A stretch of DNA of 53,918 nt from Rhizobacter sp. (GTDB taxonomy: Bacteria > Pseudomonadota > Gammaproteobacteria > Burkholderiales > Burkholderiaceae_C): NCBI GenBank assembly GCA_031412075.1, contig JANOCG010000335.1, one strand, 5' to 3'. Under the pieces are notes generated by a model. The model saw only the letters and a list, made by a program, of their open reading frames with translations. It did no database searches and was not told the origin of the DNA. Made by a program: the position numbers and the translations under genes. Positions 1 through 10,458 of this stretch are shown in pieces (position 1 is the stretch's first letter; the number at the start of each line of letters is the position of its first letter).

Positions 1-1758
<1,758 letters not shown>

Positions 1759-1768
1759 GGTCGCGCTT

Positions 1769-2908
1769 TCAGCGGATCTGGTTGAGCAAGGACGCGCCTT
1801 GAACCACAACCCGGTTGTCGGCCGCGAGGCCCTTGGTCACCAGCACCGTCTTGGCATCGAGCGGCTGCACGGTGACCGGCTGAGGCAGGTAGCGTTCGGC
1901 ACTGAGTTTGATGTAGACCACGGTCTCATTGGCGCTGTTGCGCACCAGGGCCTCGGCGGGCAGCACCACGCCTTGCAACTGCTCCTGGGTCAGGGCGAGC
2001 ACGGTGACCGATTGGCCGACCGCAAGGCCCAGGTTTTGGGCCCCTTTGGCCTGTGCACGAAAGGTGATCGGAATGCGCCCATCGCGCAGCGTGCGCGCGG
2101 CGCCCACCACACGCAGCGTCACGCCCTCCACGCCCGCCAGCGTGGCCGAAGCGATCTTCGCGGCCAGTGCCGCATCTGCCGTGGTGGCCTCGATCATCAG
2201 CCGTTGTGGATCGATGATGTCGAACAGCACGTCTTTGGCATCGACCACCTGGCCGTTGAGCGCATTCGCCTGGGCGATGACGCCCGAGACAGGTGAGACC
2301 AGGGTTTCGCGCGAGCGGATGCTCCCGCCGACCGTGGCCTCGCGCTGGCGCAAGCTCGCGAGCTCGGTGCGGGCGGCCTCGATGTCCTTGGTCGGCACGG
2401 TGCCTTCAAGCGATTCGAGGCGCTTCACGCGCTGCTCTGCGGTGATCCGGCTGGCACGCAGCTCGGAGGCCTCCGACTGCTGGTTGGCTTCTGCAAAAGG
2501 CTCTGATTGGTATCGCAGGTAGGCCAGAACCTGGCCTTTGCGCACCGCCTCGCCGGCCACCGGCAAGCCCTTCGGTCCGGGTTCGATTCGCCCCCCATAC
2601 ACCGCCTGCACCCGACCACCGGCGTTGGGGTCGATCATCACCTGCCCGGGCAGCTGCACGCTTGCCGAGGCGGCCGTCACGGGCGCCAGTTGGGTTCGTA
2701 TGCCCATGCGGCGCTGCGCCAGCTTGGGTGCATTGACACTACCATCGGGCAAGCGCATCAACCCCGCTGCGCGGGACGTTCCGCTGGGCCCATCGAGGTG
2801 TTCGCCATTCGGGCCATGCGCGCCAGGCGCGGCTTGGGCAAAACTAGCGAGGAAACCGCTGACCCACAGCAGCGCCGCAGCAGTTCTCACGTGAGACAGG
2901 CGCGTCAT
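1769..2908 (-). CDS. RND efflux periplasmic adaptor subunit (CzcB/CusB-like)
   Basis: Signal peptide, biotinyl-like G..V..GQVL segment, SPVSGVI, C-terminal [19 protein letters not shown] 2908 overlaps the upstream stop (ATGA). Confidence 0.88.
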   Translation of the reverse strand: MTRLSHVRTAAALLWVSGFLASFAQAAPGAHGPNGEHLDGPSGTSRAAGLMRLPDGSVNAPKLAQRRMGIRTQLAPVTAASASVQLPGQVMIDPNAGGRVQAVYGGRIEPGPKGLPVAGEAVRKGQVLAYLRYQSEPFAEANQQSEASELRASRITAEQRVKRLESLEGTVPTKDIEAARTELASLRQREATVGGSIRSRETLVSPVSGVIAQANALNGQVVDAKDVLFDIIDPQRLMIEATTADAALAAKIASATLAGVEGVTLRVVGAARTLRDGRIPITFRAQAKGAQNLGLAVGQSVTVLALTQEQLQGVVLPAEALVRNSANETVVYIKLSAERYLPQPVTVQPLDAKTVLVTKGLAADNRVVVQGASLLNQIR

Positions 2909-3507
2909 GGCGACACCTCCAGCGTGGTCTGCCGCGCGCGGCGCCGTTGCCATAGAACGGCTCCGACGCCCAGCAGCGCCAAGCTGCCGGCAATCCACGC
3001 GGAGCGTGCCCAAACGCCGTTCCCCTGGGTGTGTCCGTGGTCGCCGTCGTCTGCTGTTGTGCTGACGTTGAGGGTGCCTTCCAGCAAATCGCTCTCCTTG
3101 CCGGCGATCAAGGTAATGAGCAGCGGGTGGGCCCCCGGCTGGCTCAAGGCTTTGAGCAGCGCCGGGTCGTCGACCGCATAGTCACCGTGGTCGGCGTGAA
3201 ACTTTGCGATCGCCTTGAGCCCGCCGGACTCGAGTTCCAGCTTTGCGTCGAGCACGGGCTCGTTGGTCTGGTACCGATCGATCAGGATCGACAGCTCGCC
3301 CCCACTCAGCGTGGCCACCAGCTCGAAGTCTTCCGACTTGGCCTCCATCTTCGGCGCGGCATCGGTGCCGCCCGTCGCGGTGGCCGGCCCATCCAGGTGT
3401 TCGCCATTCGGGCCATGTGCACCCGGCGCAGAGAGGGCAGGCGTGGCCATGGCCATGAGGCAGAGCAACTTGATGATCGTGCGCGACGCACGTGCAATGA
3501 GATTCAT
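2905..3507 (-). CDS. Hypothetical periplasmic His-containing protein with C-terminal membrane anchor, in the RND operon
   Basis: Signal peptide, [29 protein letters not shown]-terminal TM helix followed by RRR. ATGA-coupled on both sides. Confidence 0.8.
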   Translation of the reverse strand: MNLIARASRTIIKLLCLMAMATPALSAPGAHGPNGEHLDGPATATGGTDAAPKMEAKSEDFELVATLSGGELSILIDRYQTNEPVLDAKLELESGGLKAIAKFHADHGDYAVDDPALLKALSQPGAHPLLITLIAGKESDLLEGTLNVSTTADDGDHGHTQGNGVWARSAWIAGSLALLGVGAVLWQRRRARQTTLEVSP

Positions 3508-4769
3508 GGTGTGACCCCGAGGGATTGTTGAAGCCGAGCGCGCGCGAGCCCGAGCGCGGCGCGTTGCCGGGCCAAGGCGCCGACGGCTTGTGAGCTGACG
3601 TCCAGCGCACGCAGCAAGTCGGGCAAGGCTGTCTCGCCGGCACGAAAAGATTTGTCCAGCAGCTGGGCTCGTTCTTGCAGAAGTTCGGACCGCGCCTGCG
3701 CACTGGCAAGCTGCTGCTCTGCCGACACGACAGCTTGCCGGGCCGTGCGCAACTCGAGCGCGTGACGCTGCGCCAGGCGCTCAGAGTGAATGCGCGCGGT
3801 TTCTACAGCGGCCAGCGCCACGGCCTCCTGGGGGCTGCGTTCGGCATCGGCACCGAAAGGAAGGCGCAGGGCAATGCCCACGCTGTCCTGGCGCGCCTGC
3901 TGGTCGCCAGGGCGTTCCTGCTTCCAGCTCACCGCCACCTCGGGTGAATCACGTCTTGATCGGCGCTGGCTTTCGAGCATGGCCTGTGCCCGCTCGGCTT
4001 CGCGCTCGGCCAGCGCCAGTTCGGGATGATCGGGGGCGGAGGTCATGCTCGCAGGCTCGTTCGGGTCACCCACCACAGCGAGGCCGGTCAACGACTCCCA
4101 TTGCGCCCTTGCGCTGGCGATGCGTTGCTGCAGATCGTTCATGGCGGCCTCCACGTTGAGCGCCTCGGCGCGAGCGACGAGCGCATCGGCTCGCGCCAAG
4201 TCCCCCGCGCGCACGCGGCGGTCGACGTCCACGCTGAGCGATTGAAGGTGACGCAGTTGTTCTCGCGCAGCAGCAAGCTCGGCGTCGAGCGCCGTCAACG
4301 CCCAGGCCGCCTCGCGCACCTCACCGGAGACGCGCCAGCGAGCGGCGCGCTGCGCTGCGCGCGCCACCGCAAGGTCGGCGCTGGCAGCCGTTTGCAGTGC
4401 CGAGCGTTGGCCGGGCACCCACAGCGGCACGGAGATGCCAAGTTCGGTTTCGCTGGCACCGAACCGGCCGTTGCGCCGTGCCGCTTCTGCGCTAGGCGCC
4501 TTGGGCGTCCAGGCCGACGCGGCGGACTGCCTCGCCACCGCGATCTGCTCCTGGCCCCGCGCCTCTTGCGAAGCGACAGCGCGCTGCCACGCGGCCTCCA
4601 CGGCCTGCGCCAAGGAAGGGCCCTGCGCAGCCACGGCAGGGGGCGAGTTACTTTGTGCCATGACGGAGGCACAGGCCGTTGCGCCGGCAAGAAGCCAAGG
4701 CGCAGCCCAACGATGAGTTTTCAAGTTCGAGTTCGCCGCACATGCAGCTGCGGGCAGCTGCGACCACAC
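3504..4769 (-). CDS. TolC-family outer membrane efflux protein (CzcC-like)
   Basis: OEP repeats (SLAQAVEAAWQR, RVRAGDLARAD, FRAGETALPDLLRA) and position in the RND operon. Start codon uncertain. Confidence 0.88.
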   Translation of the reverse strand: MWSQLPAAACAANSNLKTHRWAAPWLLAGATACASVMAQSNSPPAVAAQGPSLAQAVEAAWQRAVASQEARGQEQIAVARQSAASAWTPKAPSAEAARRNGRFGASETELGISVPLWVPGQRSALQTAASADLAVARAAQRAARWRVSGEVREAAWALTALDAELAAAREQLRHLQSLSVDVDRRVRAGDLARADALVARAEALNVEAAMNDLQQRIASARAQWESLTGLAVVGDPNEPASMTSAPDHPELALAEREAERAQAMLESQRRSRRDSPEVAVSWKQERPGDQQARQDSVGIALRLPFGADAERSPQEAVALAAVETARIHSERLAQRHALELRTARQAVVSAEQQLASAQARSELLQERAQLLDKSFRAGETALPDLLRALDVSSQAVGALARQRAALGLARARLQQSLGVTP

Positions 4770-4810
4770 AGTTCCGGCGCGCTGCTGCGTGCGCCGGGCC
4801 GATCAGGGGA

Positions 4811-5176
4811 TCAGCAAGACAACCTGGGAGGTCGTCGTGGTCCTTCGAGGAACGGGGGTGCGAGTGGTTGGCTCTGGTAGGTACCGGTATCGACGGCCTG
4901 AGCGGCCACGGCCACCCAATCGATGCTCAGCGGCAAGACCGCCACGGGGTTGAGGTGTGCATCAGTGTGGACAACGTGCTGGATGGATTCTTCCGAATCG
5001 TCCTGATGTATGTCGCCATCATGATCAGCATGGTGATGGTGAGCTTCGCCAGACCAGTGCGCCACCACGTGGCGTTCATCGGCGCCGCCGTCCCGGGTCA
5101 GAGAGGTCGAGCCCCAAGCCACGGCCTGCCAAGGGAGGAGGATCATCACGAGGAAAAGGGCAATCCAGCGGCGCAT
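4811..5176 (-). CDS. Small secreted His-rich protein (CzcI-like leader gene)
   Basis: MRRWIALFLVMILLPWQAVAW signal peptide, HWSGEAHHHHADHDGDIHQD, Pro-rich C-terminus FLEGPRRPPRLSC. Lies immediately upstream of the TolC gene. Confidence 0.75.
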   Translation of the reverse strand: MRRWIALFLVMILLPWQAVAWGSTSLTRDGGADERHVVAHWSGEAHHHHADHDGDIHQDDSEESIQHVVHTDAHLNPVAVLPLSIDWVAVAAQAVDTGTYQSQPLAPPFLEGPRRPPRLSC

Positions 5177-5333
5177 GGCGAGCATTCTAGTGATGCGCCT
5201 GCAGCGCCAAACGCAAAGGGCGATTCAGCAGCGAGCCTTAGCCCTTCAAGGAAAAATGGTGATGCAGGCGGTTTCGCTGGCTGACACGAGCTCGCCCGCT
5301 CGGTCGAACAATGGGTGGTGGCGGCGGCGGCGC

Positions 5334-5363
5334 CACGACCACGACCACGACATCGACATCGAC
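5334..5363 (+). repeat. Short hexamer tandem repeat (CACGAC)3(ATCGAC)2
   Basis: Read directly from the sequence. Confidence 0.7.
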
Positions 5364-5491
5364 TTCGCCGCCACCGCCACAACCGGCAACACCATCGACC
5401 ACGGCAAGACAAAGGGCAGCGGCGAAGTGACGCCCACCGCGAAGCTGGCGCTGGTCGCCAGCTACAGGTCGCCAACACATTGCGCATGCCA

Positions 5492-6019
5492 TCAACGCGG
5501 TGACGCTTCTGGCGGTTTCCGCGCACCGGGCTGCGCCGAAAGCCGCCGCACGAACCAAAGTGCCATGGGCGGGACGACCACCCACTGCAGCAAGGGTGAG
5601 AGGCCGATCTCGATTCCCGGGAGCACCGGCATCTCGGCCGAGTAAGCCCAGGTTTGGGCCCAGTGCCCTCGCGTGGCCAGCCACTCGATCACTGTTGTCA
5701 TCGCAACGCCCACCGCGATGAACCCGGCCCATTCGCAGCGTGACGGCACGAGCAACCAGCGCCGCCGCCGCGTGACGGACGCGACGCTTGCATGAGCAAA
5801 CAACATGATCGCAGCGTCCCCCAACGTGGCTTGCAAACAGGCGCCGACGACGGCGGAATGAGGCGCAGTGGCCATGCCTTCAAACAAGGGTGCCTGCAAG
5901 ACCTCCCAAGGAAAGTTGAGAAGCAACGCGAACACCACCAGATCGATTTCCGGCGCTGCACTCAGCACCGACTCAAGACGTGTCGCTGGGTGCCGGGGGC
6001 GCTCATCACATCGACTCAT
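5492..6019 (-). CDS. Hypothetical multi-pass membrane protein of a type seen in metal-resistance islands
   Basis: LLNFPWEVLQAPLF...ATLGDA...WAYSAEMPVLP..GLSPLLQW with several hydrophobic helices. Start taken at MSRC. Confidence 0.7.
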   Translation of the reverse strand: MSRCDERPRHPATRLESVLSAAPEIDLVVFALLLNFPWEVLQAPLFEGMATAPHSAVVGACLQATLGDAAIMLFAHASVASVTRRRRWLLVPSRCEWAGFIAVGVAMTTVIEWLATRGHWAQTWAYSAEMPVLPGIEIGLSPLLQWVVVPPMALWFVRRLSAQPGARKPPEASPR

Positions 6020-6084
6020 CGGCGTGAACCCGCTGGCTGGTGGGGCTGTGGGGGGGGAGGCGGCCACACCGGTAGACCCTCCAC

Positions 6085-6160
6085 CTTGGCATCGATCCCG
6101 CGGTCAGTAACGATCTCCACGGCCCGATCTGCCATCAGCAGGCAGATCAGCACCGCTTTC
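6085..6160 (-). pseudogene. Fragment of a TPM (DUF477)-domain protein
   Basis: AVLICLLMADRAVEIVTDRGIDAKV resembles the TPM motif GVLIYLLLA.R..EIVADRGI. Confidence 0.6.
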
Positions 6161-6234
6161 GCCTGCGTGCGCGCTGGGATCATCACATGACCGGCATGGC
6201 CGACATGTTCGGTTCGAACAAGCACCTTCGGCCC

Positions 6235-6390
6235 CTTGTCCCCCGGGTCACAGACATGCGCCGGAACCAGTTCGCCGCGGCAGTGGTAGCCACCACTCGC
6301 CACGCGTTGCCGAATTTTTTCCAGCGTGGTCTTCGCTTCGTGGTGGTGCACGGTCGCGCTGCCGGCAACGTAATTCACGTCGGCGTGTGC
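6235..6390 (-). pseudogene. Fragment of the N-terminal HMA-like region of a copper P1B-type ATPase
   Basis: HADVNYVAGSATVHHHEAKTTLEKIRQRVASGGYHCRGELVPAHVCDP. No ATPase core follows. Confidence 0.6.
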
Positions 6391-6464
6391 TCATCGTCGG
6401 GTGCGGCCCGGGCGGTTGCACCAACGGTGATGAGGGCGAGCGCGAGTGGGTGAATGAGTTTCAT
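6375..6464 (-). pseudogene. Truncated secreted protein (signal peptide only)
   Basis: Strong RBS AGGAG, then MKLIHPLALALITVGATARAAPDDEHTPT and a stop at the junction with the HMA fragment. Confidence 0.5.
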
Positions 6465-6650
6465 GGGTAACTCCTGGTCAAGGGGATATGAACGGATGTG
6501 CATCGGGGTAGTGCCCCGGCATGGCGCCGCTTCCTGCGGGATAGCGTCGGTGCGTCTGACTCCAGCACGACAGAGGCGAGCGCCGAATCGCGGAGCGCGA
6601 TGCTCCGTATCAGCGCATCAGGCATGTTGAGTTCGGATGACCTGAATCTC

Positions 6651-6691
6651 ATACTACGAGGGCATCACGGCGAACCCTTGATCCACATCAA
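6651..6691 (-). promoter_or_regulatory. FNR/ANR box with class II promoter facing left
   Basis: Perfect TTGAT-CCAC-ATCAA at 6678-6691 and a minus-strand -10 element TAGTAT at 6656-6651. Confidence 0.7.
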
Positions 6692-6712
6692 ATTGGCGCC
6701 CCGTGCGGCGCG

Positions 6713-7648
6713 TCACCGTGGCGCAGTACGACGGGCGCGTGTTGCTTTGGAGGGCATTGCGAACAACTCGTTTCGCGCCGTCTGGGTGATTGCGACAACG
6801 CAGGGATGCGTGATGCGTCGTTCGACCGAGATGGCGAAGAACTCGTCCATCACCTCGGTTGCGACGCCCAAGGCCTTCACGTTGAATTGCTTCGCGATCT
6901 CGCGCGACAGCACCGCGGGACCGACGAAGATGCCCGCGCCGTGACGACCGAATTCCTTGGCCAGCGCACTGTCGTCGAACTCTCCGACCACTCGCGGGTG
7001 CAGCGAGCGTGACTGAAACCACGCCCGCAGACGCTTCCCAACCGCCGAGTGCTCACTCGGCATCAGCATCGGGGCACCGTCGAGACAGCTTGGAAAAGTC
7101 CCTTTGTGGGCCTTGAGCAAGGCGGGCGTAGCGAAGAAGCTCACCGCCGACGCCCCGAGCTGATGGCTGAAGGCGCGCACACTGACTGTGGACGGAATCG
7201 GAGCGTCCGAGATCACCAGGTCGAGCCGGTGCAACGCAAGTTCGGCGAGCAGGCTGTCGAGCTTCCACTCCCGGCACACGATTCGAACCGGCTCCGGCAG
7301 TTCGGTTGCTGGCTCGATCAGCCGGTAGGCAATCGACTTCGGAACCGCGTCAGCCACCCCCACCCTGAACTCCAGCATGCGCCCCTTGTTCGGGTGTTCG
7401 CGCACCGCCTCCTCGAGCTCGGCACCCATCGAGAAGATCTCTTCGGCATAGCCCAGCGCCAAGCGTCCTGCTTCCGTGAGCACCAAGCCTCGCCCGCTTT
7501 TGGCAAACAGCGCACTGCCCAGCGCTTCTTCGAGCGTTTGAATCTGTCCACTGATGGTCTGAGGTGCCACGTGCAACTGCTCGCTCGCGAGCGTCACGCT
7601 GCCCGACGTCGCCACCTGCATGAAGTAGTGGAGGTGCTTGTAGTTCAT
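6713..7648 (-). CDS. nhaR: LysR-family transcriptional activator NhaR
   Basis: MNYKHLHYF...PQTISGQI HTH, FRVGVADAVPKSIAYRL, GEFDDSAL, ERRITHP. Confidence 0.9.
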   Translation of the reverse strand: MNYKHLHYFMQVATSGSVTLASEQLHVAPQTISGQIQTLEEALGSALFAKSGRGLVLTEAGRLALGYAEEIFSMGAELEEAVREHPNKGRMLEFRVGVADAVPKSIAYRLIEPATELPEPVRIVCREWKLDSLLAELALHRLDLVISDAPIPSTVSVRAFSHQLGASAVSFFATPALLKAHKGTFPSCLDGAPMLMPSEHSAVGKRLRAWFQSRSLHPRVVGEFDDSALAKEFGRHGAGIFVGPAVLSREIAKQFNVKALGVATEVMDEFFAISVERRITHPCVVAITQTARNELFAMPSKATRARRTAPR

Positions 7649-7659
7649 CGATTGATCCT

Positions 7660-7700
7660 CAGTTTTTTTCGAATGGTATGCGTATATCTTTCGAATTTAC
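7660..7700. promoter_or_regulatory. AT-rich divergent promoter, putative NhaR binding region
   Basis: Two TTCGAA palindromes (7668-7673, 7690-7695), 22 bp apart, between nhaR and the divergent operon. Confidence 0.5.
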
Positions 7701-7756
7701 ACACATGGCGTGCGCCCCTAGATTAGGGATGTCGCCACACCAGGCGGCCCAAAAGG

Positions 7757-8215
7757 ATGCAAATGAACGTCAGTATCCAGAGCCAGGATTTCCCGCTCAC
7801 GCGTGCACTGTCCGACCACGCTAAACGCCGGTTGCAATTTGTGTTGACGCGCCGCAGCGACCGCATCCAGCGCGTCGTCGTGCGTCTGGGCGACAAGAAT
7901 GGCCCACGCGGCGGCGTCGACAAGTTCTGCCGCATTCAGGTCTATCTGCTCGATGCGCCCATGGCCGTCATCGAAGACATCGGGCTCGATATGTACGGCG
8001 TGATTGCTCGCGCGGCGGATCGGGTCGGCCGGGTGGTTGTCAAGCATCTCGACCGATCACGCGTCGGCAGGCGGCATGGTCGTGGCGACGCCACCTCGTC
8101 GCTGCCCGATGAGTTCAGCGTTGCCGCCGGCCTCACGCCCTTCGAGTCTGCAGGTGTCGATCGACCACCTGTTCAGCTGCCTGCTGGCGCTGATCGGCTT
8201 CGGCCGGCCGCATGA
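7757..8215 (+). CDS. HPF/RaiA-family ribosome-associated protein (C-terminus extended into a relic)
   Basis: IQSQDFPLTRALSDHAKRRL...VVVRLGDKNGPRGGVDKFCRI...DMYGVIARAADR. Confidence 0.85.
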   Translation: MQMNVSIQSQDFPLTRALSDHAKRRLQFVLTRRSDRIQRVVVRLGDKNGPRGGVDKFCRIQVYLLDAPMAVIEDIGLDMYGVIARAADRVGRVVVKHLDRSRVGRRHGRGDATSSLPDEFSVAAGLTPFESAGVDRPPVQLPAGADRLRPAA

Positions 8216-8219
8216 ATCA
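8109..8219 (+). pseudogene. Relic of a Bax inhibitor-1/YccA-family gene (C-terminal helix only)
   Basis: SLQVSIDHLFSCLLALIGFGRPHE resembles the YccA C-terminus SLYVSIYNLF.SLL.LLGFG..E. Confidence 0.5.
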
Positions 8220-8239
8220 ATGTTCTTAAGGAGAAAACC

Positions 8240-8365
8240 ATGAAGTGCCCGACCTGCCCTGCAGCCTCACGAGCGCAGCCCGACTTCGTGGATTCGGACT
8301 ACCGCGGCGGCCGCGTCCATCACGGCGGCCGCCGGAAATCGTGGCTGAGCGACATCTTCGACTGA
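8240..8365 (+). pseudogene. zf-TFIIB-domain protein with internal in-frame deletion (41 aa)
   Basis: RBS AAGGAG, then MKCPTCPAASRAQPDFVDSDYRGGRVHHGGRRKSWLSDIFD. Both family termini are present, but the second CxxC/GVWLDRGEL core is missing. Confidence 0.7.
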
Positions 8366-8397
8366 TCACCTCGACGCCTACAACAGAAGTACACCCC

Positions 8398-8676
8398 ATG
8401 CGTACCTACCCGAACAACAGTCCGCAGGCAGCCGCCTGCATCGTCGCAATGGCCGCGTGCCACATCGACCCTCGACCGCTGGCCGAACTGATGGCCGAGA
8501 TCGACGACTCCGAGCTGCGTCTCAAGGTGCTGGGTCTCTGCGCTGCCGTCATCGAAGCAGACGGTCATGTTGTCGAGGGCGAGGCAATCGTGCTCAGGGT
8601 GGCGGTCGAGCAGTGGGGTTTGCAGCCCTGGATGCTGCCACCGGAACTCTCGAAAGGCAGAGTCAAGCATGTCTGA
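8398..8676 (+). pseudogene. TerB-like protein with internal in-frame deletion
   Basis: MRTYPNNSPQAAACIVAMA is joined to CHIDPR...LCAAVIEADGH...WGL. About 50 aa present in the paralog at 8939-9430 are absent. Confidence 0.7.
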
Positions 8677-8821
8677 CTATGTACCGATGGCCGCGCTGGC
8701 GGCAGTGATTTTGCTGGGTGCCCTGCGAGAGTACGTCAGCCACAACCGGCGTGACGCCAAGCTGATGGCCGCGTTCGGCGTAGCCGGAATGATGGCCAGC
8801 ACCGCAGTTTGGCTTGGCTGA
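8669..8821 (+). CDS. Small two-TM hypothetical membrane protein
   Basis: MSDYVPMAALAAVILLGAL...NRRDAKLMAAFGVAGMMASTAVWLG. Overlaps the upstream stop. Confidence 0.55.
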   Translation: MSDYVPMAALAAVILLGALREYVSHNRRDAKLMAAFGVAGMMASTAVWLG

Positions 8822-8938
8822 CATGGCAGGCGGTCGAACACCGCCCCGCACGCTCCCGAGGAGCCTTCGTCACCGGACATCGATCCTCCAGCCCATCAAT
8901 CAACCGGGCCCTCATCCGGCCACTTTCAAGGATTCATC

Positions 8939-9430
8939 ATGAACAAACATTCGTCTTCCACCCGTCGCTATGCCCGCAACAGCCCGCACGCTGCGGCCCG
9001 CATCGTCGCGTTGGCACTCATTTCGAGCGGCGAGGTCAAGCCCTCCGAGGTTGCAGTTCTCGAAGCGATGCGGGCTCACGAACAACTGGGCCTCACGCAG
9101 CAGGAATGGCATGACGTTGTCCACGGCTTGTGCGCCGACTTGCTGGCGTCGGCAACGCAGGGCGCGGACTGCCTCATCGACTCTCGAATGATCAAGCGGC
9201 TGCTCGGCGATGTAGACAACGTGACGCTGCAACGTCTGGTGCTACGCCTTTGTGCAGCTGCGGTCAACGCAGACGGACACATCGACGACGGCGAATCCTT
9301 CGTCATGCTCGCCGCCATTGACCATTGGGGCCTTGACCCCGATGAGCAGGCACTCCTTGAACCCCTGCTGTACGGCCTCGATTTCCAGGTGGCTCCCCGC
9401 GGCACACGGTGGATCCAGCCAGCTCGATGA
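8939..9430 (+). CDS. TerB-family (tellurite-resistance-like) protein
   Basis: YARNSPHAAARIVALALISSGEV..SE and LCAAAVNADGHIDDGE (ADG motif). Confidence 0.75.
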   Translation: MNKHSSSTRRYARNSPHAAARIVALALISSGEVKPSEVAVLEAMRAHEQLGLTQQEWHDVVHGLCADLLASATQGADCLIDSRMIKRLLGDVDNVTLQRLVLRLCAAAVNADGHIDDGESFVMLAAIDHWGLDPDEQALLEPLLYGLDFQVAPRGTRWIQPAR

Positions 9431-9486
9431 TCGCCGCGCTGCGCTGAACCGCTGACAACAACGCCCCAGTTGATGAGAGACTGTTT

Positions 9487-10458
9487 GTGAATATCGAATC
9501 CTTCGCCACCGGCCCGATGTGGGCCGGCTTCATCATCTTCGTGCTGGCCATGCTGGCCCTGGACTTGTTCGTGCTCGGCGGGCGCAAGGCCCACCGCGTG
9601 TCGGTCAAGGAAGCCGCGAGCTGGGTCCTGGCCTGGGTGGCCATGGCCCTCACGTTCGGTGCCTTGTTGTGGTGGTACCTGGACGGCACCGCGGGCCGCG
9701 AGATCGCCAACACCAAGGCGCTGGAGTTTCTCGCTGGCTACCTGATCGAACAGTCTTTGTCGGTGGACAACATGTTCGTGTTCGTGATGATCTTCACCTA
9801 CTTCGCAGTGCCGCCGGAGTTGCAGCGCCGCGTGCTGTTGTACGGTGTGTTGGGCGCGATCATCATGCGCGCAGGGATGATCCTGGCCGGCGTGTGGCTG
9901 GTGTCGGAGTTCGCCTGGATTCTGTATGTGTTCGGCCTGTTCCTGGTGGTGACCGGCATCAAGATGCTGGTCTTCGCTGAACACCAGCCCGACCTGGAAA
10001 AGAACCCCTTGCTGCGCTGGCTGCGCGGCCACATGCGCATCACCCCGGGCTTTCACGGTGAGGCTTTCTTCGTGCGCATCAACGGGCTGCGTTACGCCAC
10101 GCCGATGTTCCTGGTGTTGATCCTGATCGAGGCCAGCGACCTGGTGTTCGCGGTCGACAGCATTCCAGCGATCTTCGCGGTGACGACCGATCCGTTCATC
10201 GTCTTCACCTCCAACATCTTCGCCATCATGGGGCTGCGCGCGATGTACTTCCTGCTCGCCGACATGGCCGATCGATTCCACCTGCTGAAGTACGGCCTGG
10301 CTTTGGTGCTGGTGTTCATCGGCGGAAAGATGCTGGCCATGCCGTGGTTCCACATGCCGATCCAGTGGTCGCTGGGCATCGTGGGCTCGATCATCCTGAT
10401 CTCGGTGGTCCTCAGCCTGAAGCTGTCGAGCCGCAAACCTTCAGTGAGTGCTGCATGA
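9487..10458 (+). CDS. terC: TerC/Alx-family metal homeostasis membrane protein
   Basis: GYLIEQSLSVDNMFVF, QRRVLLYGVLGAIIMR, DLVFAVDSIPAIFAVTTDPFIVFTSNIFAIMGLR. Confidence 0.93.
   Translation: MNIESFATGPMWAGFIIFVLAMLALDLFVLGGRKAHRVSVKEAASWVLAWVAMALTFGALLWWYLDGTAGREIANTKALEFLAGYLIEQSLSVDNMFVFVMIFTYFAVPPELQRRVLLYGVLGAIIMRAGMILAGVWLVSEFAWILYVFGLFLVVTGIKMLVFAEHQPDLEKNPLLRWLRGHMRITPGFHGEAFFVRINGLRYATPMFLVLILIEASDLVFAVDSIPAIFAVTTDPFIVFTSNIFAIMGLRAMYFLLADMADRFHLLKYGLALVLVFIGGKMLAMPWFHMPIQWSLGIVGSIILISVVLSLKLSSRKPSVSAA

Noticed and set aside
5175-5645. Plus-strand ORF with an HDHDHD tract as a metal-binding protein
   Set aside because: It overlaps minus-strand genes and has no RBS. The tract arises from a simple hexamer repeat.
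8822-9486. yybP-ykoY (Mn) riboswitch ahead of terB/terC
   Set aside because: Only a short hairpin (GGCGGT...ACCGCC) is present. No recognisable aptamer, and the gap before terC is under 60 nt.
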